From Paraspadella gotoi (Eukaryota; Animalia; Chaetognatha): 64,000 bases of DNA. The notes below the pieces were generated by a model. It had not been told where the DNA came from. It did not search any database and saw only the letters and a list, made by a program, of their open reading frames with translations. The stretch is from assembly GCA_051294375.1 (NCBI GenBank), contig CM119269.1, forward strand, positions 11,944,896 through 12,008,895. The letters run 5' to 3'. This document shows, one piece after another, positions 1 through 21,300 of the stretch. The position numbers were made by a program, and so were the translations under genes. Position 1 is the first letter of the stretch; each line of letters begins with the position of its first letter.

Positions 1-73
1 TATTTCACTAATATTCATCAGTTTAAATTTTTTCTTATTGTTATACATTACACAATGTAAAGATTTTGCAGTG

Positions 74-131
<58 letters not shown>

Positions 132-198
132 ACCATTTCACTTCTTTTCACAACTTACTCTGTCTTTTCTCAACTTCAGCCTGTCCTCACCAATTGAC

Positions 199-1823
199 TA
201 GGGTTACGATAACCGTTAACAGTTAACGGTTTTTAACGGTTAAAAATAATTTTAACCTAACCGTTAATATATTTATTTTAACGGTTAAATTCGGTTAATT
301 TTTAATATGATTTTTTTATTTTTTGGTATAAAATCTTTGATTTTTTAAAAGAAAAATATTTTTTCTTGTCCTCTCTTATTCTCCTCTCCTTTTCTCACCA
401 TATTTTTTCACCTCTCTCTCTCTTTTCCATTTTTTCCTATTTTTTTCCTTTGTTATTTTCAACCCTTTTAATCTTTTTTCTATACTAATCTCCTTTTGTA
501 CCTTTCTTTTTCTTTCTTTCTTTTCCCCTCCCTCTTTTCCCCTTTCTTTTCTCTCCTTTTTTTCTCTCTTTTTTTTACCTTTTTCATTTTTTCTTCCCTT
601 CTAGTGTTTTTTTTTCTTACTTATTTTCTCCCAATTTTTTTTTCGTTTTTCCTTTCAATTAATTTTATGCATTTATATCAAAGAATATATTAAAATTTAA
701 TATATATGCACATGCAAATAGTTGCATACATTTTCTTACAAATTAAATTCTTATTTAAAATAATATATATTTTTTATTTCACTCTTTAAACAAACAAAGA
801 AGCAAATGAAATAAAACCAAAATGAATGAAAAAATTATTAAAAAAACTAAATAAAAATAAAAGTAATTAAAAAAAATTAATAGAAGGAACTAATCTTAAA
901 ATGGACATTAAGGCTAACTAAAACTATCCTTCAATCATGATATATTTTTAATAAAACTGAAAAAAATATTTAATAATCAATAAATTTTGGATCAATCGAT
1001 CAATCAAACTTTCAATCAAAAATTATTATTCATAATTTATATTTATGGTTATGGCTTATAAAAAAATAAAAACAGAAAACAAGCGTTCAAGAAACTAACA
1101 ACTAAAAAAATAATGAAGAGATATAATGAAATAAAAGAGATAGAGAGAGAAAGAAAAAAACGAAACATAGAATTAGAATTACATTGTGGTTTTTCTTTCT
1201 TTGTTCTTTTTATATATTTTTATTATGCTATGAGGCAAAAAAAGTTTTGTAAGTAAGATTTATCACGATGCATTATCTAATTAGCTAAATTATCATAGGG
1301 AGATTCAAAATAGTTTGCTCAAACCAATTTTTCATTTACTAACTAAAATGTGTACCTATCTATCTGAAATAGAAGATAAAAAAGATTCAGGAGCAAGGGT
1401 TAAAGATAAAATATTATTAAATACTTTAGTTTGATTTAAATAATAATATTTTAAATTTAAAGTTAAATTATATATTGTGTATAGACTTTCGATTTCATTG
1501 TGTTTCGAATTTAGAGAGGAAAACAATTTATTTGTTTTGTTTCAACGAATTTTTAGGACATTTTTTAGGACATGTTTCAACTCTACAAGTAGTCTTTATC
1601 AGCATTGCAGCATCATTGCAGCATTGCTGATGAAGACTCTAATTGTAGACTCAAAACATGTCCGAAAAAATGTCCTAAAAATTCGTTGAAACAAAACAAA
1701 TAAATTGTTTTCCTCTCTACAAGTTAAATTATAATATTAACCGATTTTAACGGTTAACCGTTAAAAATATTAGTTTTAACGGTTAAGCGAAATTTCTCAA
1801 AATTAACGGTTATCGGAACCCTA
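199..1823. mobile_element. Non-autonomous hAT-type MITE
   Basis: TIRs TAGGGTTACGATAACCGTTAA ... TTAACGGTTATCGGAACCCTA. Perfect 8-bp TSD CAATTGAC at 191-198 and 1824-1831. Subterminal AACCGTTAA/TTAACGGTT repeats. No transposase ORF. Confidence 0.85.
1476..1720. mobile_element. Penelope-like inverted pLTR remnant with two degenerate hammerhead cores
   Basis: Inverted arms of about 95 bp (about 1511-1606 and 1622-1719). Cores CTGATGAAGACTCT..CTCAAAACATGTC (+) and CTGATAAAGACT..AGTTGAAACATGTC (-). Flanking duplication AAGTTAAATTATA. Same family as 25729-26353. Confidence 0.75.
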
Positions 1824-1936
1824 CAATTGACCACTGTCCTTTCTAAACTCTGTGTTGGAAACTTTGCCCTCTCTCTCTCTCTCTGTTTATCTCTCTTTCT
1901 CTCTTCCTTTACACAAAAATATTTTCAAAGTTCACT

Positions 1937-1978
1937 AACGCTGATGAAGGCTTGAAATGAAGCCGAAACATGTCTGTT
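1937..1978 (+). ncRNA. Minimal type I hammerhead ribozyme (Penelope-type)
   Basis: AACG-CTGATGA-A-GGCTT(gaaatg)AAGCC-GAAA-CATGTC-TGTT: intact core, 5-bp helix II, palindromic ACATGT helix III, 4-bp helix I, predicted cleavage after C1974. Confidence 0.8.
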
Positions 1979-2043
1979 TTGAATTAAATAAAAATTGTTG
2001 TCAAAACTAAACTCAAACTGTCTCTAAATTACACTTTTAAAAG

Positions 2044-2587
2044 GAACGACTTTTTTTGATGATATTTGGCTCTACGATCTTTTCACTCACGTTTGGTCGG
2101 CCGTTTCGCCCACCAGAGGAGAGCGCCCTTGTTCTCGAGCGGCCCACGGCGGCGTGGAGCATGATGGGCGTGTCTACATTTTCGGCGGCATGTGCAGGTA
2201 GATCAAACGGCAGAGGGATAAGTCGGGCAATTTTATTAGCTTTTGTAATACAAATAATTTTAACCCATTTCCTTGCCATTTGTTAGTACCGGCGCATTGG
2301 ACGACACGTGGGTCCTCGACTCTACCAACTGGCAGTGGAGTCGAATTCTCGTCGAAGGTCCGCCCCCTTCTTCCCGCTTGGATTTTGCCATCGGCATCAT
2401 CCGCTTGGCGGAATCCTCATCGTCCGTTGATGCCGTCGACTCCGTGGCGGCGGACGAGACGGGCGAATCCGAGGGGAAGGACGCTGGAGATGGCGCGACG
2501 CCGACTAGATCTTTCTGCGTCGTTCTCGGAGGGATGGATACTGAAGGAAATATTTTCGATGACTTCCTTCTCTTTGGGATTTCATAG
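2044..2587 (+). CDS. RABEPK: Rab9 effector with kelch motifs (RABEPK/p40)-like, last two exons (2044-2197, 2287-2587)
   Basis: Spliced translation FFDDIWLYD..RAAHGGVEHDGRVYIFGGMCSTGALDDTWVLD..PPSSRLDFAI..CVVLGGMDTEGNIFDD..* shows kelch repeats and a C-terminus like RABEPK. GT-AG intron. Confidence 0.7.
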
Positions 2588-2959
2588 AAATCGACTATCG
2601 ATCTCAAATGCTTCCTTTTCACAATGTTTTTTCACGTTACCATCGACTAATCCCAAGCTTTTTTTTGCCGTTTATTTTTTTAGTCGTTGATTTTGAAAAT
2701 TGATTGGATTTTCGTATTGGTTTAATCGTTCCGATCACAAAAGTGCCAGAGATTTGCTTTTTTTTTTCATAATTGCATTCCCGCTTTCCCAACAGTTTTT
2801 AAAAATGATTTATTTCATTTTGTCCGTTTTTCTTTTCTCTGAATTTTACAGTAGCATTGCTCCAGGGTTTGTGATTATTTCGTTATCCAGACAATGTGTT
2901 TGTACAGGAGTCAGTCGTAAAGACCTATTTATTCGAGTATTCTATGAGAATTTATAACC

Positions 2960-3909
2960 ATGGGGTTGCTTTCCCTATTGCGGAAGCTGAAAAGTCAGCC
3001 CGACCAAGAGATGCGAATTTTGCTTCTTGGTCTGGACAATTCAGGCAAGACCACTTTGCTCAAGACCATCGCTTCAGAAGACGTCAGTCATATCACGCCC
3101 ACTCAAGGTATACAAAGAAAAAACCTACCTTCGTAGTTCACTGTAGTTTCGAATATTGACTCAAAATGTCTATATAATTTTTAGGCTTTAACATCAAAAG
3201 TGTACAGTCGGATGGCTTCAAACTCAACGTTTGGGACATTGGCGGTCAGCGAAAGATCCGTCCCTATTGGAGAAACTATTTTGAAAACACTGACGTTCTT
3301 ATTTATGTAATTGATAGTGCCGACAAAAAAAGGTATATTCACACCGTCTCAACTTCTTATAATATTAAAGTTTTTCAAATAAAATGAGTATTCAAAATTT
3401 TAACGATGCTTTGTTTTTATCGTCGCAATCGCTTAGCGTTTGCAACGATATTGTAACGCTTTTGCTCATAAGTGGCGTCGTCGGCGTCGGCGTCGTCGTC
3501 GGCGTTCCAAATTATAGATCGCCTTTTTTATGATTAAATTTGGGTGTATGAAGCTGAAAATTTATATACAGCTTCTCATCATCGATGTGCTTAAAATTGA
3601 GTCAGGACAGTCATTAAATATGTTTTGTTTACATTTTATCATAACAAACAAATTTTATCTCTTTTATTTTCATATTTCTTTCTCTCTCTCTTTTCTCTTT
3701 TAATTACATGTCTCTCTCCCTCTCTCTTTTCCTTAGATTCATAAACAAAGGGAAAAAAACGAGTCTGCAGCTGGCTCTGCAGGGGCGTATTCTTTTTCTC
3801 TCTTTTCTCCTGCTGCTTCTGCTGCTGCCTTTTGATTTCTTTATCTGCAGCTGGCTCTGCAGGGGCTCTTTCTTTTTCTTTCTTTTCTGCTGCTGCCTTT
3901 TGATTTATT

Positions 3910-3962
<53 letters not shown>

Positions 3963-4827
3963 GAACAATTTTTTCCCTCTAAAAACTTTTATTATCGCCA
4001 TTTATTCCCAAATTTACATCCGAGATTTTCGTGGATTTTTTTTCCTATATATTCTAAATATCAATCAGAATAATATTTTTTTTCAATATATATTTATTAC
4101 TTTATTATTTTTTTTTACTTAACTTCATTTTACTTCACTTTAGTCTTTACTTCACTTCGCCAGTCTGATTGAAGTTTCACTTTGTCTTTTGTCTGGGAAT
4201 GTTGTCAGTGTTTAGAGAGGTCGCATTCGATCAAACTGCTTGCTTATGCGGGCAAAAAGTAAAACAAAAGTACCTTCAATAATGTTTCTCCAGACTTAGC
4301 ACTTGCTTAAAATTAAACTCGAAAATAAGTTATTTTACTGTTTTATATTTATTTTTCTTTTTTTTCTGTTTATAAATTTTTTTTTTCTAAAATTTGATTT
4401 TTTTAGTGTCAAAATTTGTCGTCAATCCAGATTTTTCTTATGCGATTGGGACTATCCTTATGCTTTTAAGATTTTTTAAATTCTAAAATCCTATTTTTTT
4501 TTCAAGGTTCGAAGAAACTGGCGAGGAACTAAACGAACTTTTGTTGGAGGAAAAACTTGCCGGAGTTCCTGTCTTAGTTTATGCAAATAAGCAGGCATGT
4601 GCTTTTGATTATTTTGGTTGAGGAATACTTTTGTTTTTTATCCCGTCCATGTAACGACGTGACAGGATTTGTTAAACGCGGAACCGGCATCGAGCATCGC
4701 CGAAGGCCTCAACCTCCACACCATCAGAGACCGAAAGTGGCAGATTCAACCCTGCAGCGCCTTGTCCAATGAAGGAGTCCGGGATGGCATCGAGTGGGTC
4801 ATGAAAAATTCTCGCGGCAAAAAGTGA
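2960..4827 (+). CDS. ARL3: ADP-ribosylation factor-like 3 (exons 2960-3107, 3185-3332, 4507-4594, 4666-4827)
   Basis: [100 protein letters not shown]; stop TGA at 4825-4827. Confidence 0.95.
3414..4480 (+). mobile_element. Helentron/DINE-1-like non-autonomous element (family 2) in ARL3 intron 2
   Basis: T-run, 5' hairpin TATCGTCGCAA..TTGCAACGATA, GCGTC/GTC microsatellite, 3' end ATCCTTATGCTTTTAAGATTTTTT. Internal blocks such as CCCAAATTTACATCCGAGATTTTCGTGGAT recur at about 20110, 20820, 29730, 33640 and 34960. Confidence 0.6.
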
Positions 4828-5415
4828 CCATCGAGAGTCGGGACGATTTTTTTAAATTCCAAACTCCTGTTTTCGTTTATGCAGTCCAGTTAATAGTGAA
4901 AATCCAAATACTTTGTAGCCGCTAGAAAGCACCCTAAAGCATACCGAGTCACTTTTTGTGCCTATGCAGCCATCCTTCTTTTCCTAAAAAAAATGTTATT
5001 TTAGATCTCAATTCTTGTCCTTTTCTTTAATCCTTTTCTCTATTATTTGCTATTTTACTTCCTCAACCTAATTCCGTCCAAACACTTTATCATGCACTAA
5101 CACGAAAATGCCTTCATGCTTTAACGTTTTTAGATTCACATTCATTTTCTAGATTTATCAGTTTTTAAACGCACAAGCCTGCGTTGTCGGCCTCTGGTTT
5201 GGTCACGCGATTTGTCTATGTATTTATCGTATTGCCTATCATTCGTAATTATTCGCGTATCCTGTTTGATGTCCCATAACGCAGAATCCGAACCAAATCT
5301 TTTAATTGCAATCAAAATTTTTTTCTTCTAGTCTATGAATCATAAAACGGGATGAGTAAAGAAACTGGTGCTAAGAACTAAAAATATTACAGAGGTTTAA
5401 CTGTAACATTGAACA

Positions 5416-14612
<9,197 letters not shown>

Positions 14613-14914
14613 CGCGATTAAAACTTCTCCGTTTTTTCCAGGATTTTTCATTTTTATACGTACGAATACAACTCGTTTCGTATTCTGACATTTGGCATTG
14701 CACTTTAAAAAATCTTTTTTTTTTGGATTGTAGTACTCTTAAAATTCCGTCCATTTTCACGACTTTTTTCTGAAAACTGCCTTTGACCAATTTTATACAT
14801 TCCACGCGAAATGCCGTTTGTTTTATTTATAGTTTCTGTATAATCTCGGCGAAGGTTATAGCATCGAAACGGCGTTGTGCAATAATAAACGTTTCAAAAA
14901 CAGAAAAAGGGGCC

Positions 14915-16237
14915 ATGGAGTTGTGCAAAACGGGTTTAGCTTTGGCGGAAAAAAAGTATGAGGTTTGGTTGGAATTTTGGAACTGGTCCTTGTCGGTGAG
15001 CGATCCCAGGGTGGAGAAGTGGCCATTTATGGCGTCCGTTTGGCCAACAGTTTACGTCACATTACTTTATGTTATCGTCATCTGCCGTCTCGGTCCCAAA
15101 TTCATGGAAAACCGAAAACCATTTGATCTGAAACCCTTTATGGTAAGCACCAATTAGTTTTGTTTGTCAACTTAAGTCAGAATAAAGATTTTAGAATAAA
15201 GTCGGGGAAAAAGTTGGTTCCCGGGGGCGGTGGTATTTCTGTTTCAGGGGGCTAACGAAAGTAATAATCATTTACTCTCAGAAGTCTCATTGTATCGATT
15301 TTTTTTAGGTGGTTTACAACTTTTCAATGGTTTCTCTCAGCGTTTACATGTGGGCCAGTATATGGGTCGGCATTATCAGACGAGGTTATAGGTAAGTTTT
15401 GATGTCTTCTGAAAAAGTATTGTAGGACCTAATTATTTTAATGACACTAGTTTCACTTGTCAACCAATCAAAACCTATTCGACACATCCTGAGGACCTTC
15501 GAATAGCCGGAGCGTTGTGGTGGTTTTATTTTTCGAAATTTATCGAGTACACTGACACGGTTATTTTCGTTTTGAGAAAGAAAAATAGCCAGGTATAATT
15601 TCTCTGCACGTTTTGTTTGTTAACAAAATTGTTTTAACCTACGACTTTTCTATTAAATTCTGATTTCTCCAGATTACCTTCTTACATGTGTATCACCACG
15701 CAACAATGTTTCCATTGTGGTGGATTGGAGTCAAGTGGGTTGCCGGAGGGCAGTCCTGCATGCCAGCGATGTTCAATTCATTCGTTCACACTCTCATGTA
15801 CGCCTACTACGGGCTCTCAGCTTGTGGCGACCGGTTCCAGCCTTACCTTTGGTGATTAAATGATCGACTGATGGTTATTTTGACCTTATTTTGCTTTTTA
15901 CTGAATATTTTGATTTTCATCAGGTGGAAACGATACTTGACGAGGCTTCAGTTAGCCCAATTTGTCATTTGTGTGCTGTCCTGTTTCTACTCGTTGTACA
16001 TCGATTGCGATTTTCCGCGCTGGATGCATTACGCGCTCATTATGTACGCCGCAAGCCTTATCGTTCTCTTCATGAACTTTTACATTCATTCGTATGTATC
16101 CGGTAAGTGGACATTTATTCGAATTATTTTGCTTAATGCTTCCAAATTTAATTTGACTTAATTCGTTGCTAGGAAACAAAATTGCCTCCACGCCTCGACC
16201 AAAACAAGTTCTCAATGGGAAAATGAAGCATCAATGA
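14915..16237 (+). CDS. Very-long-chain fatty acid elongase, ELOVL4-like (7 exons)
   Basis: [101 protein letters not shown]; C-terminal KMKHQ* ER-retrieval motif. Confidence 0.92.
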
Positions 16238-19200
16238 GGTCCATCAAAATCGAGCTGAAATTCAAATGAAAAGAAATAGTGCAATTCAAACTTTTGTGTA
16301 TTTTATCGTTCGTATGCGGTTTGAAAGCTTTACCGTCGTCCTAATAGACAAAATTCGGGCGCTTTTCGCTTTAACAATGTTGTTTGTAAATGCGACATCT
16401 AAATGTGACAATTTAGCGCTCCCAGATACATAATTTTTATTAATTATCAAATTTTTAATACGAAAGTTATATTTTAGATTATAGTTTATTATAAATATTC
16501 ACGTTTTTAAGGTCGCAATTTAATTTTTTAATGCTAGACTTAGCATGCTTTGGTACCTGATCTCGCTGTTGTAATAATCAGATCTCTAGTTGTTGCGTAA
16601 TACGCAAAATATTGACCTATCCTAATGCATGAACTTCATTTTGATTTTTTCAGCTTGAATTATAATTTATTTTTAACTTGATTTTGGTTAACGATTAACC
16701 GTTTTCAATTCAAAATCTTTTCATCCTAGAAATTGTTTAGCTATTAGTGGACAGTAGTTAGTTTTTTCATCTAATAAATTAGTTGGCTCGGTTTACCATA
16801 GCTTTCATTAATTGTTATGATTAATATGATTATACAGGGGTGGGACCCTATATCGAGACAAAACTTAGCGTCCTACCCTGTCTGAGAAGCATTAATAAAA
16901 TGAGTGGCAAAAGTTTTTTCTGGCTTTTTACTTTTATCTATAATGAAACAAAATAAATTTTTAAGCAACTACAAGGCGTCGTGGATTTTTTCAAAACATT
17001 TAGTCGTTTTTATGCGCGCGCATTGTAATGCACACGATAAAAGCCATACTTATCTAACTGATGGGTAGGTCCATCATCTCTATCTCTCTATGAGTAAAGT
17101 CAAAGGAAAAGGTCCAAAAAATAGGCAAAAAAAGTATATTCTCTGAGAGGGAGCTCGCGAGCTGAAGTAGAACCCAAGACAGAACTAAAATCTCTCTCTT
17201 TGCTCCTTCTGTCGTCGCTCGATGAGGAGGAAGGGAAAGGGAGGAAAAGAGGCGGAAGAGGAAGAAGAAAAGGTGTCTCGAGCGAGAATGGGGAAGAGAA
17301 ATGGGGGAATCCAGTGAAATATACTCATCACTCTATCTGCTTATATATATATATTTTTCAGTGGTCGTTACTGAAAATGACAGAGTTATGTCTTATCTTC
17401 AATTCACCAGATTTTAAGCTTTTCATCACTATCCAACTTTTTTACATTTTTGACACTTTTATTAAGTATTCAGAAATTTTACATGATTAATTTAATTATC
17501 TGACAATATCGTTAATAAATTTCTTGATAAAACTAAGTTTTAATAAAATCAAACCATAACAGTAACTTTCCCGTACCTTACCGGCTTACTTTTTTTTTTA
17601 CCAAAATGCAATGTACACCTTTGAAGGGACTTACCAGAAGCATTATTAAAATACAATTAAGTACTTCCAAAAATATTTTTGTTAAGTCTTAGAATGAGAT
17701 TAAACGTTATATATTCAAACATTTGCTGCATCGAAAGAAGCATTATATCAAAGAATTTCAAAACAATTAATATATCGACTAAAAGCTAAGAGAGAGTATT
17801 ATACGAATATTTATTCAGATTTTAAAAATCATTAAGATTTTTAAAGTAATGAGAGCTCTATTTAATTATTGATATAAATTTTCTTGGGACGATTGAATAG
17901 CACGAATGAGCGAACTCAGAACGACTATAATAACGAGATGGTCAAGTGGTTAAAGAACAAGGACTTCGACTCGGATTTGCATAATAGGATTCGAATTCTA
18001 CTCAAGGTAATCTTTTACAATAAACTGCTAAGTCCCAAAAGTGGTCGTAGAGCAATGGCGTACCGAAGGAGTAGCCATATAACTTTATAAGTACTCGATA
18101 ACCATACACGCTTTCAAATTATCATTTATACGTCTCAGAAATTCTTGACAAATGCTACTGTACCAAACCAAAGGTTTTAATTTTTTTTTAACTAAAGTTT
18201 TATTAAATTTTTTCATATTTTTATTTTATTTTATTAGAGGGTTTATAATTATAAAGAAGGTTTTTATAAGATAAAAACTTTCAAAAAAATTTTATTTGTA
18301 CCCATTAAATTTTCATTTGTACCTGATTTTTAACAAGATAGCGATTATTTTTTTAAATTTTTATTATTTAAAAAATTATTTTTTTGATATTTTTTAATAA
18401 TTTTTTTTATTTTAAGATTAATTAATACTTTTATTTAATCAATATCCGATATTTGATTCAATTACCTCATAAATATGTTTTATCATATTATCAAAATATT
18501 AAATGCTTTTAATATATTTTGAATCCTAAATTAGCCATAGCCGATGAAATTTAAATGCTAATGCAGCGTTAAAATAATCTATTATGAGCATAGATTATAG
18601 TATTAAACTATTTTTTGTCAAAAATGTTTTTCAGAGGGTACAATCCTAATTAAAATTATTATATTATTATATAGAGAAAAATTTGTTTTTTTGGAAATGT
18701 TCAAATTTTTTTTGGGATTCTGATAGAGCATAAAAAGTTAAGACAATGAAAAATGGCGTAACGTTACTGTTCCGTGCATAAAAAAAATTCACTGTTCAAT
18801 ATTATTATTTTTATTTTTTGAAACGTTATAGTTTCATATGGTGATATCCAAAAATCAATGCAAAATCTTTTTTTGTTTTTTAGATATTACTAAATATAGG
18901 ATGAAAGATGATAAATTTCTTTAAAAAGTTACTTATTCATATTTATTCATAGAATTGTAATAGATGAAAATAAAAAAAACTAATAGTACCAATAGTTAGT
19001 GTTATGTCTCAAATAGATAGAAAAAAAACCTCATTTAAAAATTTGATCAGGAAGTGGGGTAACAATAACATCCTCCACACCGATTGTTCTCTCAAATAAT
19101 TTTTTTTATTTAATACATTTGAAAGGGAAAAAAAGAAAATTCGGAATGCAGGTTGCAGAAAGGGTACAGATAATCTGGTTTTACTGACATGATAACCATG

Positions 19201-19726
19201 ACCTTTTATATCTTATGAAATGGGTGCAGTAAAGAAATCTAAAAAATCCGATCATTAAGTCAGTCAATGAACCTTTTCCAATGGGCTATTACGAGAAATT
19301 TTTTTTTTTAATTAAAATGAATGATAAATAATAGAATTAAATTCCTTGCTATATTTAAAAAAAAATATCAATACAATTTAACACAATGATGTCTTGCTTT
19401 ATCAAATATGTTGCCAGCTATGTAATTTTTTAAAACTTTATTATGATAAACAAGCAGTGTGTCAAGTTTTTTGTTTGCAGTTAAAGATAATGAAAAATGA
19501 CAATTTTTTTTTATAGACAAGAAGGTAGACATTCAGACTGTTTATATCAAGCTGAAAACATTTTTGTATTTATCATTTTTCATATTAAAAAGACATTTTA
19601 TCAATCTACAATATAAATTTTTGTTTGTTTTTTACTTTAACTGAAAAATATAAGCAATTTTATGGAATAAAAAAAATTTAATAGTAATCAAAATATAATT
19701 CAGTCTTTTCTTTTTTAAATTATAAA

Positions 19727-20185
19727 AGAAAAATCTTAAAAGCATTAGATCGAGCCGCTTTCGATGGTAAACCAAATATTGATGCGATGATAACCAATAT
19801 TGATGCGATGATAACCAATAATTGATGCGATGATAACAAAATAACTGATGTGATGATAATCAAATGATTGATGCGATGATAGTCATTCATTGATGTGATG
19901 ATAATCATTCATGGATATGATGATAATCATTCATTGATGCGATGATAGTCATTCATTGACGCGATGAATCATTCCTCGTAAATAAAACAAACAAATGCGT
20001 GTATGAATGAAAGAGAGAGAGAGAGAGAAAGAGAAAGAGTGAGAGAGGCTGGTCAGTTTTCACTCTCGTTTATATAAAGAATAATCAAAATTTTTTGAAA
20101 AAAAATTCACGAAAATCTCGGATGTAAATTTGGGATTTTGTATTGAGAAAAAAGCGCGGAATAAAATGGCGGAATAAATAGAAAG

Positions 20186-20227
<42 letters not shown>

Positions 20228-21258
20228 AGATAGAGAGAAGCTGGACGCCCTGCAGAGCTGAACTCATTTTTCGACGTATCTGAGTAGGGACGAACTCTTT
20301 CTTTTCTAATATTTTTTTTACTTATCAAAAAAAATTTTATGTCCTCATCTTAAAAAAGTTTTAATCTTGAATGAAATTTTAGATTGTTCTTTTTTTTTTT
20401 AAGAAGAAACCAGACCGAGGTCAAATTTCATATTTGCATATTTAACTAATTTATAAATATTTACCAACTCAAATAATTATTATTTTAAAAAAGAATAAAA
20501 ATGATTAAATATATACACTAAAAAAATTTACAATTTTAAAATTGTAAAAATTGTTAGAATAACAAAAAAAGTAATGTTTAATTTGACAATATCTCTCTTC
20601 TCAACTCCTATTTTAGATATAATTTGCCAATAGTGGGCCGACGGTCCCAAAGTTACAGTAATAAACAAAAACAAAAAAATTTTTTTTGGTAGAAAGTTAT
20701 ATATGCAATTAAATTAATCCGCGCAATTGCCGGACATATAGCAGCTATGTGTACAGCAGCAAGCTGATGTACATGTGACATTGCCTGCATTTTTTTCTTA
20801 AAATGAATCCATGAAAATCTCGGATGTAAATTTGGGATTTTGTATAGAGAAAAAAAATAAATGGCGATAATAAAAGTTTTTAGAAGGAAAAAAATAATAA
20901 GAATTTTTCAAAAAACGAACGATCGTACATTGAGAGAGAGAGAGAGAGAGAGAGAAAAGAGAGAAAAAGCTGAACAGAGCCGGAACTCGTTTACTCGGTT
21001 TAGTCGTCTAAACTGTGACTAAAAATTTTTTTTTTTGTAAAAAAAAAAGAGAGAGAGATAGAGAGAGCCGGAACTCGTTTAATGACGGAGGTGAAAAAAG
21101 GTGACTAAAAATTATTTTTGTACAAAAAAAAAGAGATAGAAAGAGAAGAAGAGAGAGAGAGACAGATAGAGAGAAAGATAGAGAGAGAGAGAGAGGAGAG
21201 AGAGAGAGCCGGAACTGCGTTTACTCGTTTTACAAGTGAATAAATTTTTTTTTGTAAA

Positions 21259-21300
<42 letters not shown>

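Larger units (their letters stand above)
1..2036 (+). mobile_element. Penelope-like non-autonomous element with (CT)n tracts and a hammerhead near its 3' end, interrupted by a hAT MITE
   Basis: 1-198 joined to 1832-2030 has the same layout as 25930-26300: CATTAC..AATGTAAAGA, (CT)n, a pyrimidine-rich stretch, (CT)n, then a CTGATGA hammerhead core. Confidence 0.55.

Noticed and set aside
16832-16900. TACAGGGGTGGGAC as a Tc1-like TIR
   Set aside because: No matching opposite terminus found.
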